From NCBI GenBank assembly GCA_964016885.1, contig OZ024741.1, positions 312,852,001-312,916,000 on the forward strand: a DNA stretch of 64,000 nt. The letters are read 5' to 3'. Position numbers and translations under genes: made by a program. Origin of the DNA: Eledone cirrhosa (lineage: Eukaryota). A model generated the notes under the pieces. It was not told the origin of the DNA. It ran no database searches and saw only the letters and a list, made by a program, of their open reading frames with translations. Positions within the stretch are counted from its first letter, which is position 1; each line of letters begins with the position of its first letter. This document shows positions 13,201 to 26,525 of this stretch, in pieces.

Positions 13201-16134
13201 AGCCGGGTCCTCGACTATGAAGCCTATCTATATCAAGCACACAGATCACGAATGTGTGGTCCGTGTAGCTGACTATCTTGAATTGTGGACAGCCTATGCT
13301 AGACCTATCTATTTCCCTACAAAATACTCTATCTAGATATGATCTGGATGACCCTATGCGATTTATCCAAGTCCACATTGGCACATTCGGGAAATCCAGT
13401 CGGTACTTGTCAGACAGTTCAAAACGATGAGCAGGTTGGTGAGATTCTTGCAACCTCCTCCCCTATCCACTAATCCCACACAGTCCCAGCGTGCATCTAA
13501 GATCCCGTTCCAGTCACCCATTAATACTAAAGAGCAGGACGTTCCAAGAAAGGTCTCCAGACTCCGGAAGAAATCAGGCCGGCCTGCTTCTGTCGGGGCA
13601 TAGACGGCCACTAACCTGAAAGCTTGCCCTTCTCCGCTGGTCACGTCCAGCACCACCAACTTACATTCTGGGTCCAGGAAGATGGCCCGTATGGCAAGAT
13701 CCAAACCTCTCCGAAAAAGCACAGCAACTCCACCCACCGATCCCGGACGGCTGGGAGATGCGTACACATCGTAGCCGCCGAAGATCGGTGCGAAGGCCCG
13801 TGCTTCGGAGATTCTGGTCTCGCTGATGGCCACTACATCTGTGTTTAGTGACCTGAGGTCGTTGAGCAGGTGGCCCTGCTTCCATGACGACCCCAAGCCA
13901 TGCGCATTTATGCTGCCTATTCTGAGTGAGGTCATGTTGAAAAGGAGTGGAAAAGATGGGAAAGACCACTTACCTTACTTCTCGTAGGGGAAGGATGGTT
14001 TTTTCATCCTTTTCACTGCTTGTGGCCTCCTCAGGAAGGATGTCCTTATAAATCCTCCTGGAGAGTGCTTGTCTGAAGTCTCCGATGTCTTTGGGGAATT
14101 TTTGTTTTAGTGTCATGTACGTTTTCTGTGTGATGCGAGTGATTTGTATGTGTGGAGGTGGTGTGAATTTTGGGGTTGTTGTGTAGTCTTTTTCTGTGAT
14201 GCTGGTGTTGTGTTGGATGTAGTGTAATAATTGCTTGTTGTTCAAATTTAATGCTGTGTAGTGTGTATCGTTTTGGTTGTTTTGTTTTGTTTGCGTTTGT
14301 TGTGGGTTTGTTTCTGTTTCGCATTTTGTTGACTTTTGTGGAGCAGGTGATGGTGGTGTTGGGGTCAATGATGGTGATGGTGTTAGTGTTTGGGTTGATG
14401 GGGTTGGTGATGCTGGTGTGGATGGTGGCATATCTGTCCTAACTTTTTTGTTTGTTAATTTATTTGTTTCCCTCTGTATTTTGTTTTTGGAGGGGGAAGG
14501 AAGAGAATTTTTTCTTTTTTTGGTTTCTTTTTTTTTTCCGGATATCGTTTCCCACTCCTCGTCGTCACAATCAGTCTCCAATTGTGATAGGCCGGGGAGT
14601 GGAAAATCCTCCACAGGCGTTAGTTTTGGTTGTGGCGTGGTGGATGGTGTAGGCGCTGGTGCTAGTTCTGGCGCGTTGGGTGGTGGTGGTGTTGGTTTTA
14701 CTACTGTTGCTGGGTTTGTTGCTGTTATAGTTGCTTCTGTTGTTGCTGCTACAGTTGTTGCTGCCATCTCTGCTACTGGTGGTGTTGATCGTTGTGTCAC
14801 TGGGGTGGGTAGGAGAGGTGGCCTCAACCTTTTAGCCTGGGGGAAGAAATCCCTTAGGTGGGTTCCTTCACCACAAACGACACACCTAGGCCTTCTGCCC
14901 TCGACAATTACGTTGAGGTGGCTGCCGTCAGTGAGGTCTATTACCTCTGGGATCTCCTCAATACTTTTTTGGTCCGCTTGGATCAGGAGTTGCATCCCAG
15001 ATCCGGACCAGTCCTCCTGCTTTTCTTTTGCTATTGCTATTATCTTTGTGTTGGCTTCGATGCCGGCGAGGACGGCCGCTATTAGCCAGGGAATTTCGAT
15101 GGCCGGTGGAACGTGGGTCACCCTGATCTTTACGAGTCTCTGGCCACAATAGCTGGGGACCAGTGTGAAGTCGTCACTTCTTAATGGGCCATGGAGTGTT
15201 CTCTAGCCTCCTCTGGTGTTTCAAAGAACACGTCCACGGTTCCATACTTCTGTCCACGTCTGATTGTTTTTTTCTTGCGCACACATGACCCAAAGCTTTT
15301 TGGATTTTGGACTCGGATGCCCGTTCCACTCGGGTAGATTTTACATTTATTGTTCGATACGACACAGTGCATAGGCGCCGATGCTCCATTTTATTAGGTG
15401 GGGGGGGGGAGGCTGACCCTGTACCCATCTTTCTTTACCATTTGTTTGGCATTTTCTAAATCCTCTTGAGTTACCGTAAATGCTTCGAACTGTTTTGCTA
15501 CTCTGGCAAAAGTCAGGGTGGTTTTTTTAATGTCATTGTTGTTGTTGTGGCTATCGTTATTTTTGTTATTATTAATTTTAGTTTCAGTTGTGGTGGTGGT
15601 GACGTCAGTGTAATTCTGTTTGGGAGAGTCCATTTTGGTTGAAAATATTTCGACATCACGAGTTGATTTATTTTTTCATTTTGTTTCTGTTGTCGCGGTG
15701 GTGGTGGGGGTGGGTGTTGTCGCGGTGGTGGTGGTGGTGGCGGCTTTAACACCTGCAGTCATTGGCGGGAAATGAATGTCTGCCTGAGACAAATTTAAAA
15801 TATTGCTAGTGCTTAATTTGTGTGTGTTGGCAGACGTAATATCATTTACAATGGTGGTGTCGGTGTGAGGTGCTAATTTGTGAGAAAGGCTTTCAGCTGC
15901 TTGGTGCAGTGGTGAAGTAGCCATTTTGTTTTCAAAGACATTTTTTGATAATCATAAAAGTTTAAATTTTGGGCACAAGGCCCCAATCTTTTTGGGTGTC
16001 CTTTTCGGAAAACAATGTATGTGCGCTTATATATAGTTAACAATAACAAATTTCCATAAATGGTAATTTTTTACAAACAGAAATAACAAACCTTTGCGGA
16101 GCTCACGATGATACGATTTACTACGTAGGTCGCC
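10281..16134 (-). mobile_element. L1/Tx1-clade LINE, apparently full length (ORF1 ~15924-13970, ORF2 ~13935-10531), with frameshifts
   Basis: APE endonuclease (SINAHGL, ISET, VYAP, MGDWN, YLDR, TDH), RT (KSPGVDG, FRPITLLN, LDQSKAFD, RQGCPLS, AYADD) and a degenerate zinc knuckle CVVCGEGTH in ORF1. AATAAA lies 6 nt from the 3' end. Flanked by (AAT)n on both sides. Confidence 0.9.
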
Positions 16135-16159
16135 AATAATAATAATAATGATAATAATA

Positions 16160-18320
16160 ATAATGCCACACAAAAATCACCGGTGACGAAATCACCGGAG
16201 GTGATGAAATCATCGGTGGTTATGTAACCATACATTTGCCAATCCTAGATAAGAGTGTTTAAATGTCGAACCTAAACAGTTCGAATAACGGTGAAATTGA
16301 GACTATAATGTCATATGACAGACTCTCACCCAACAGGTGCTCCCTGGCTCAGCAGCAGGGACCTGACTGTCAACCACATACTGCTGGTGTCGGAGGAAGA
16401 AGAAGAAGGAAAGGGACCAGAACCAACTGGACGAAAGAAGTGAATAGAACTGTTAGCAATGTTACCTAAAGAGTAACCCCAAGGAAAAAGGCTATAGGAA
16501 ACGGATACATAACATCTGGAACGAGATTGGTCTATTTAAATTAGATGAACAAAAATTGGCCGGGCAGGCTCGGGTAATAAGAACTAATGGGTGGATAACC
16601 GAGCTGGAACTGGAGGAACTGAGCAGAGAGATTAGCTTGGAGATGGAGAGTGGAGTATGCCAGGCAAACGAGCCAGTGAGAAATGAAGGTGAATAGGTCG
16701 AGAGAACGGAGGAACCACCCGAAGCAGACAATGATCTGAATGCTGAGATAAATAATACCTGAAACAGAGATACGGCCACTGAGGAGATGAATGCTGACGG
16801 GCTAGGACAAGATTTGGTTGATATCCTAAACTTAGTGTTAGATGAATTGAACAATGATAGTGGGAAACCTATGAACCTAAGATTTGTAGACAGGATAAAG
16901 TTAAAAGAAACAACAGATAAGGTAAACAATGTCATACCATACCTTGAGGCAAGGAGCCTTCACCAGTGCAACAATATCCTCAAAGCAACAGCAAATGCGG
17001 TGAAGAAATTACTTGGTATAAAAGCGAGAGGAAACAACAAACAAGAAAGATCAGAGCCTTGGTGGAAGAAACGACTGAATGGTCAAATCAGGGAAATGAG
17101 AAATGACATTGGAAAGCTTGAGTCCCTACTGAATGGGAGACTAAAAAACATAGACACTAAAAATAGACTGGAAATAAAGTACAAAACTAGGAGGAAAAAG
17201 CTAAATATTATCATAGAGGAACTGAAGCAACGCATTGTAGCAAAGAGGGCAAAAATCTGGCGATACGAGAACAGAGTCAGCCAGTATAGACAGAACGCAT
17301 GTTTGACAACAACCAGAAGATGCTGTTTGGACAGCTTGAAGGGAAAGAAAGAGGCAACGACTTGATCCCTGAGGCGGAACAAACTAAAACATTCTGGAGA
17401 GGAATATGGGAGCAGGATGTTAAACATAATGACCAGGCAGTGTGGATTGAGACAGTACAAAAGGAGATTAGTGAACAGGCACACCAACAGACTGATTTGA
17501 GTATCACAGTTGAAACTCTTAAGGGGCAGGCCAAAATACTAACCAACATGAAATCACCAGGCCCAGATGGTGGGCAGTGATATTGGATTAAAAATATAAC
17601 ATCCCTCCACTCGAAACTGACAACCAAGTTCAATGACTGCTTGATGTCAGGTGTGGTACCAGAGTGGTTGACAAAAAGGTACCACAGTTCTGGTAATGAA
17701 AGACCGAATCAAGGGTAATGATGTTACCAACTATAGACCTATCACATGTCTGTCCGTAATGTGGAAACTGTTGACAAGCATTATGTCTGAGGAATTCTAC
17801 GATCACCTCCACACAAACAACTTGTTACCGGACGAACAGAAAGGATGCCGAAAGAAGTCACGTGGTACAAAGGACCAGTTACTTATTAATAAGATGGTAA
17901 TGAGGAATTGCAAGAGGAGACATACTTGTCTTGCCATGGGATGGATAGACTACAAAAAGGCATTTGACATGGTGCCTCATTCTTGGATCACCAAAAGCCT
18001 AGAGATCTTTAAGGTGGCAGATAACATCAGACAGTTGTTGGGCATAAGAAGGAAGTCCTGGAAAATAGAGTTAACATCAGCTGGAGAATATTTGGGAGGC
18101 GCAAAGATCAAGAGAGGTATCTTCCAGTGAGATAGTCTGTCCCCTCTGTTGTTTGTCCTTGCCCTGATGCCCCTCACCATTATACTGCGAAAAGTGAGAG
18201 CAGGATACAAGTTGGGAAAGGGAGATCTTACTATCAATCACCTCCTTTCATGGACAATCTTAAGCTCTTCGGGAAGAGTGATAAGGAGTTGGATGTGCTT
18301 GTTGTCACTGTCCGTATTTT
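16160..18320 (+). mobile_element. Third R4/Dong-like copy (same family as 6630-10245), truncated within RT
   Basis: Colinear and highly similar to ~6636-8800; starts in (AAT)n and breaks off after the HLL..D motif. Confidence 0.9.
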
Positions 18321-18879
18321 ATTTAGTTTCTTCATTTGATACAAAGACCGCTTATGAAGAAACTTTTTTTTATAGTATGTTTTCTCATAAGACTGTATAT
18401 TATCTTTATGGTGAATTTTATACATTGCCTTTGTTTGTAATACTTTGTCTTGATTTGCAGATCTGTACTTGGTCTGCTCTTTAGCCAACTCGGTACGTTT
18501 AGAAGCTCTACGCTCGGCTTGCTTTTGAGATATAATAGCTGAATTTGCAGATCTATACTTGGCCTGTTTTTGTGTTAATTTAGCAAAATTCACAGCTCTA
18601 TAATCGGCCTGTTTTTGTCTCAACTTCTCCCGATTCCGCATCCGGTAAGCTGCTTTCACATCCAATTTAATACGCCCATCTAGATTATTAGCACAGGAAT
18701 GTGAACAAGCTTGTGGGACCGCATCATTGTAAGTATATGAACTGCTTGCAACATCAAGACCCAATTCACAAGTGCAGCGTTGCTCATTCACATCGGCAGT
18801 GGGGACGCCAAAATCAGTGACAGGTCTCGATTCACTCGCGAGATACATCACAGCTACACTATATATTTAAACATATATA

Positions 18880-18940
18880 CAGTGATACCTCGCTACTTGG
18901 CGGTTCAACTATCGCGGATTCACGATTTCGCGCATTTTTA
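18880..18940 (+). mobile_element. TcMar-Tigger/pogo-like terminal inverted repeat (one end only)
   Basis: TA|CAGTGATACCTCG...TATCGCGG resembles Tigger-type TIRs; no partner TIR was found. Confidence 0.45.
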
Positions 18941-19347
18941 GAATATATATATGAACACCTAAAATTTTTCATTAAATCCATTAAAATATTAATAATAAAC
19001 ACAGTTCTAATCATACGCTATATATATATATATATATATATATAAATATAAGTAATTAATACCGTATAAATGGTACAAAGACTGTTTATGTAAAATGTAT
19101 TTCTCAACAGAGTATTGAATACTTAGGAGAAATTCAAAACGAAGAGTGATAAAATTTCAAGCAAAGAGTTTAATTAGGTAATGACTTACAAATTTGTTTC
19201 AGTATATAGACAAAGCCTGAAGCGCTAATTATAATAATTAGTTAATAATATTACAAAATATATTAATATTATATTAAATATATACTGAAACAAATTTGTA
19301 AGTCATTACCTAATTAAACTCTTTGCTTGAAATTTTATCATTCTTCG

Positions 19348-19476
<129 letters not shown>

Positions 19477-21033
19477 TTTATCTAGTCCTTCGCTCAAGAT
19501 TAATCTATAAGTTTAGATGTCTGCCTTCGTTTAAGTAAATATTTCAGTAAGATTTTTAATATAAACAACTACAAAAAACAATTAATATTAAAACGAAAAA
19601 ATTATCAATGATAAAAGAAGCGGATGCAACTTTTTTTTTTATAAAGTTATATTCCTGTTTCTTTAAAGAACATTTCATTTTTGTTCTGTTGTAGGCGAAA
19701 TAATGCAATGGTTTAATAGGGAAGATATAACTTACCAATAATGTCTCTAACCGTGTAACGCTTTTTAAGTAGATAACTACAATTGAAAATACTAAAGAAA
19801 TGGAACCAACAATTCAATTTGAAAGTCGTCTACTTATAGTGACAGTGTATTACTGGTACTTTATTTTATCGACCCCGTAACGATGAAAGGCAAAAATGCA
19901 AATGCTTAAAATTTAAATTGCCTTAATTCTATCGTCTGCTGTTTCATTAAAGGGAGATTCTCGTCTGTATTTAATTCTATCGTCTACTGTTCCACTAAAC
20001 AGATATACCTCCACTATCGTCTCTATTTATACATTTTAACTTATAACTTATACACATTTGATTTGAAATATTTTATCTAGTCCCCCCTCTCAATATTATG
20101 ATGATTTCTTTCGAATGAAACAGTTCAAGTCCTGTAGAAGCCATTTATATATATAATTGAACTGAGTTAAAAATTCACAATATTTATAATTAAATAAGCT
20201 CATATATATATGTGTGTATTTATCTGTTTATTGTATTATATATAATGTGTGTATATACAGGATGTCCCCCAAAAATATATACACACTTCAACAGCATTCT
20301 AATAACTATTGCCTGTACAGGTAATCAAAGTGTCAATCGAATGTTAGTTTCGTGTTTTAACATTACAAATTTACAATACACACATAAAACCAGTGTATAT
20401 ACATACATGAGTGTGTATACACATACATGAATGTGTATATACAATATATATGTATATATATATAGACACATATATTCACGGTGCAACGGAACATTAAAAT
20501 ATAGATGCGGGGGGGGGTGTATATATAGGGGCGCTGGGGATAAAGGAGTGTAAAGCGTAAGTGTGTAATTGATATATTGAAGGAGAGGAGCGTGCAGCGA
20601 TAGAGTAACAAATATATAGAGAGGGGGAGAGATGGTATCGAAGGGGAGGAGTGCAAAGCGAAAGAGTAAGAGAGATATATATAGAGACGGAACAGATAGA
20701 GAGAAACAGGCGTAAGTAACAGTGGAAGAGATATAGAGAGAGGGGGTAATAAATAAATGGAAATATAAGTGTAACAGAATAAGAGATATATAGAGAGGGG
20801 GAAATGTGTTATTGAAGGGGAGGAGTGTAAAGCGAAAGCGTAAGATATATATATATAGAGGGGGTATATATATATATATATATCAACACTTACTCTGATT
20901 GGTTGAAAATTAGCCAATGACATACGATCACCACCACCACGGCTATCCCCGGAAAATTTATGAAGAATTTACGCATATATGTTAGAACACCAAAAGTGAA
21001 CATTCTGTTGTTTCATACTTTTCGTGTTCTAAC

Positions 21034-21094
<61 letters not shown>

Positions 21095-21095
<1 letters not shown>

Positions 21096-23091
21096 AGGAG
21101 GTTATAGTTCACTTGAAGCATTGTGTAATGAGGTATAAACGTTTGAATATGTATAATAAAGCCAAAACAATGCAGGTATGGACATAGAAAAAAGAATGCA
21201 ATTGCAAAAGATATTGTTGACAATTCGTCTTTTACCTTAGATTTATTTTAAACGTCCTTAATTTTCGAGATAATATCTGTTCTTCAGAGGGAAAAAAAGG
21301 TGAGGATGAGTATGTCATCTACATATCGGGTGAAGAAGGAATGGGAATGGCAGGTGTTGAGGGCTCGGCATTCTAGCTGGTTCATGTAGGTGATGGCCAG
21401 CAGGCCCGATAGGCTGGATCCCATGGGTAATCCTGTTGTCTGTCTGTATGTGTGGTGCTGGAAGGTGAAGTACGTGTTGTCTACTGTGAAGGACAAAAGC
21501 TGGTGTATGTCCGTCGGGTGGAGGCCGTAGCAGTGGATGTCCTCTGCGACTACGCAGTCCGTCAATAAATCGACAGCTGGATGAGCGGGGACTGTAGTGT
21601 AGAATGAGGCAACGTCGAGGCTAAAAGCGTATTTATTTAGTTTAACAAAATAATTCTTCACCCGATATGTAGATGACATACTCATCCTCACATCATCCCG
21701 TGAGGAGGCAGATAAAATATACAAAACATTCTCCAGAATGGACGCAAGTATAAAGTTCAGCATGGAACACTCCGATGACCGCGGATCCCTATCCCTCAGG
21801 TTAACAGAGGAAGGCAACATCCACACCTGCTTCTATAAAAAAAGCCGCCAGCAGGGACCTATTCGTACATTTCAGATCGGCCCTCCCACTCGGTGCCAAG
21901 TTCGGATACATAAGGAACGAACTGGCACGTATCCGGAACAAATGCACCGACGCTAGAGACCGAGACACACACACCACACATTTCCTGGAAGTACTCAAAC
22001 TGAACGGATACACGACATCCACCACAAACCGTGCCAGAAAGAACAGAGGACACCACACCCGAGGCACTAACACTTGCTTCCTGAAGCTCCCACACTTCAG
22101 TGAAGAAACAACAACAGCCATCCGCAGAGCCATCAGACGAGAAGGACTAGATATCCAACTGGCCCACTCAGGTCCTTCTCTGCGCGGACAGCTAGCCAAA
22201 AGACACTCCACCAGACATGACAACTGTTGCAGACTAGCCAACTGCCCCATCAACGACACAGACCTATGCCACCAGGCTTACGTTGTATACAGACTAGAGT
22301 GTGACAAATGCAACAACTTCTACGTAGGTAGCACCATCAGACCACTCCACATAAGAATAAAAGAACACCTCAATACTAACGCTTCCTCATTTAAGAAACA
22401 CCTAGTTAAATGCAAAAACACGGACAAAACCATAACAGTTAGGATAGAAACTAAGGAAAGAAACCTCGGCAATCTTAGAATTAAGGAAGCACTAATTATA
22501 GATAAAACACAACCACCTATCAATAATAGACTAGAACTCAACACCCAATTTATAACCTGATAGGGCTTCTAGCCCCATATTTACACACCCCATACACACA
22601 CACACACGCTTACACCTCCACTTATTCTCTCTCACACATACACACACAAAACCAGTTCTAACACCAGATAACACCTATCCCCCACATTTACGAATATACT
22701 TATCTTCTCACACTCACACACACACACTCACATACTTACACCTTCATGCATTCTCCCACACACTTAAACAAGCATGTATATATAAAAAAAAACCCTAAAC
22801 AAACCCCTTTTAAAGGGAGACTACTCTTTATCCACCTAATTTTAACTCTTTGACATTAGAGATAGAACAGATACTCTATACTATTTCCTGTCAGCATGGC
22901 TTGGCAAGATATTTAGAACGCTGGTTTGAGACATTTATTTCCCTCTGAAGAAGAGATATTATCTCGAAAATTAAGGACGTTTAAAATAAATCTAAGGTAA
23001 AAGACGAATTGTCAACAATATCTTTTGCAATTGCATTCTTTTTTCTATGTCCATACCTGCATTGTTTTGGCTTTATTATGCATATTCAAAC
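21095..23091 (+). mobile_element. Penelope-like element with inverted 5' segment and inverted pLTRs, inserted in (TA)n
   Basis: RT motifs SLDVASFYT, GLPMGS and RYVDD on the minus strand (21300-21640). RYVDD, then GIY-YIG (VVYRLECDKCNNFYVGST...RIKEH) on the plus strand (21657-22560). Inverted repeat 21140-21290 versus 22941-23091. Confidence 0.85.
22942..22976 (+). ncRNA. Minimal type-I hammerhead ribozyme motif in the PLE pLTR (inverted copy at 21256-21290)
   Basis: CCT-CTGAAGA-A-GAGAT(ATT)ATCTC-GAAA-ATTA-AGG. Confidence 0.65.
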
Positions 23092-24177
23092 ATATATATA
23101 TATATATATATATTATAAAAAGAGGTTTAAAATGCACTTGGAATCATTAAGAAATTAATATTTACAAAATTTTATGACTTCATCGGTTTCACAATATCAT
23201 GATTTTTTAAAATGTTAAGAGTGAAAGAGAAATGTTGTTACCAAAGTGAGCATTCGAGGCACGGGCACATATATAATCTTACATTATCTATCATGCCCTA
23301 ACTTTAACTGTTGTTATTACCTAGATATTAGGACAGGTTATTTCGACATCCTGACACTGAAATGCATAAATACATAACTATCAAAATGCACTACGGCGTG
23401 TGAATATGGGTGTGGATCTTATAACTGGTACTAACTAAACTGCGTACCTCGTATTACCATGTGTGCATGAATACCTACTCTATGCATCTGCATATATTCA
23501 CGAGTATATGCATAGGAGGATATACAAACACGTGCGTACATATATTTATATATGAATATATACATCTATGCGTGTTTTTAAACCTATGCGTCTACAGACC
23601 GTCATACTAACGTATGGTCTTATGTTAACCGTCTAAGATTTTACACCTCTAACTTACGTGGTACGGCGATATTTCAGAATGGCTTGCGTTCTTGTATGAT
23701 ATGATATAAGGGAACTTAAGCATGTTTAAGACTGTTAAATCAACTTGATTTTTCACTATACATTTCAACAGCTGCAATCCACAGTCATAATACTAAAAGA
23801 CGTACTCTTCTAAATCTACGCTTTAATGGACGGAGGAATGCGTGACAGCGTCCGTTTTATATCTTTTAATCCCGTCAGCAAAGTAAGTTGGATTACTTTC
23901 AATAAATAATGAATGAATATTACATAATTTATGTATTAAATTTCGTAACACACGATTAAACGTAAATAATTTCATTGCTTATTTCAAGATTCACTTCTTT
24001 TAAAAGATTAACATTTCAAAACTTCTGGTATATCGCCACCCACACCACCATATATATATAGAGAGAGAGACAGAGCGAGAAAGAAAGAGAGAGTGTGTGA
24101 AGAGAGAGATACAAAATGGGTATGGGACAGATATATATGTATCTCTCTCTCACACCCTCTCTCTCTGTCTCTCTCTC

Positions 24178-24263
<86 letters not shown>

Positions 24264-24317
24264 TATTGAGTACGCTGGTGCGTTATGGTCCATCTGGTTC
24301 CTTACCACAACTCCTTC

Positions 24318-24361
<44 letters not shown>

Positions 24362-24545
24362 GAAGGAGTTGTGGTAAGGAACCAGATGGACCATAACGCA
24401 CCAGCGTACTCAATACTTAGGGTAGTAGAGTAGGTAATAGGAAAAAGTACGACCTCGACGGCAGAGCTCAAGCCGTTTCGACGGCTATTTCTGGACCAGA
24501 AATAGCCGTCGAAACGGCTTGAGCTCTGCTGTCAGGGTTATACTT

Positions 24546-24599
<54 letters not shown>

Positions 24600-24601
<2 letters not shown>

Positions 24602-24632
24602 TAGCTGAGCTACCCGATGATTTCCGGGTATT
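24600..24632 (-). mobile_element. Helitron 3' terminus
   Basis: Minus strand shows a hairpin TACCCG-n8-CGGGTA followed by CTAG|T. Confidence 0.55.
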
Positions 24633-26138
24633 TTACTAATGATACGATATTTGACCATTGAAATATGATTTCTGAATTTTAAATAAAGTAGGAACTATAA
24701 CAGAATATTTATTGCCGTTTGTTTAAAGCAAATCCTTATGATAAAAATACTATTAGTTTTGTCCACTGGTGATTTTTTAAATACTGCTCCCTATTACAGT
24801 CAGTTTATATACTGCATCACAGTTGAATGAATCATTAGGTATGAATCAAAGGGCAAGACCAAAAAAATAAATTTAGAATTTATTTATCCTTTTTTTTTTT
24901 TTGCACAATCAGAATCTCTGAAATTTTAACAAAATGTGAAGGCTGATTTAATGTGAAGGCTATTTTTTTAAAGAAATAAAATAAAAAATAAATTTATCAT
25001 TGGTATATATATGAATGAAGAGTTTATTTATTTATTTCTACAATTCAGGAAAGATTATTTAAATGTGTATAAGACACACTTGTCTCTAATTTAAGAATGC
25101 CGAGTCACACACGCGCGTGCGTGCACACACACACATGTTCACAAGTGTGGTAAATATATACATATACACCAGGAAGCAAACACCCACTGTCATTACTTCC
25201 ATCTCTCCCAATCTCCCTATCACTCACTATTATGAACAAACGTGGGCCCACGTGCTGGCCGCCCAGCAGCGCCGGTGGTGGGAATAGAGGATGGTGAGGG
25301 GGACGCACTGGAAAATCCATTCCGGCTTGCGAGGCTCACCCCTGCAGGTAGCCAATTCTGTGCAGATTGTGGTGAGTTAGCAGGTAGCCCTAGAGCTAAG
25401 GGCACCAGATGTCTCAATTGCTACAACAACAAACCAGTCGGAGAGCGATCGATATTTGTTTAAAACATGATACAGCTGCTATACAAATATATGGCTATAA
25501 GATTTATGGCTATATGTCTCATGGTTTAAAATAATATTTCACTATATTTGCCATTTATCAGCTTCCATTTGTCCACTTGATTCTCCCATGGCTTGCTTAT
25601 AATCTTGTTACTTGTGAAGAAATAATTTATTATGTCACACTTCCGAATAAATGCATTTGAAGATTAATACTATGCGAATAATTAATAATTGTAATACATT
25701 GATTCATTGTAAATACATCTGTATAGAAACGTCACTCATCTGTATAGAAACAATTCTCGTGATTAATGATGGACATGTTTTAAAAACTTGGTATCGGCCT
25801 CCGTGGTTTACCATTCGATTAATTGGTGAAATATATTTCTTTAATGGAATATATACAACGAAGATTAATCATATTATAAGGTATCTATTTTTGAAGTTCT
25901 AGTTAACTTTATTTAGTTACCTACCTAGCTATGTGTGCTTGCACACTTGTAAAAATTATCCCTTGTGATTGTTTCATATGTTTATTTATATGTTAATCAA
26001 TTTCTAGTTGTTATAAAATGCTCGGACCTATTCATTAGAATGTTGGAGCTTATTTTACGGGTGATAGTGCGCATGCCTTTCTGGCATGACACCCATAATT
26101 TTGATTTAGATTAAATTCACTTTGATTTATCTTAATTT

Positions 26139-26224
<86 letters not shown>

Positions 26225-26253
26225 AAAGAATAGAGGTGTAACACACAAGTTAT

Positions 26254-26525
26254 TATATATTGGTAAACGGAATAGAAAATGCTGACAAATTGTTCACAGT
26301 TGAAAAATGGTTTAATTAGGAATAAAAGAGTATTAGTGATTGTATGGGTTAGTATTCAGTTGTGGTTTTAAGTTTTTAAGTTTTTACCGGTTGCGCAACC
26401 GGTAAAAACTTAAAAACTTAAAACCACAACTGAATACTAACCCATACAATCACTAATACTCTTTTATTCCTAATTAAACCATTTTTCAACTGTGAACAAT
26501 TTGTCAGCATTTTCTATTCCGTTTA

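Noticed and set aside
14277-15152. 291-aa plus-strand ORF
   Set aside because: Antisense shadow of the Pro/Thr-rich Tx1 ORF1.
19730-19800. Possible small minus-strand exon ending in G|GTAAGT
   Set aside because: Ambiguous acceptor and frame, with no recognisable peptide.
20255-20295. Mariner-like TIR TA|CAGGATGTCCCC
   Set aside because: Short match with no clear partner TIR or transposase.
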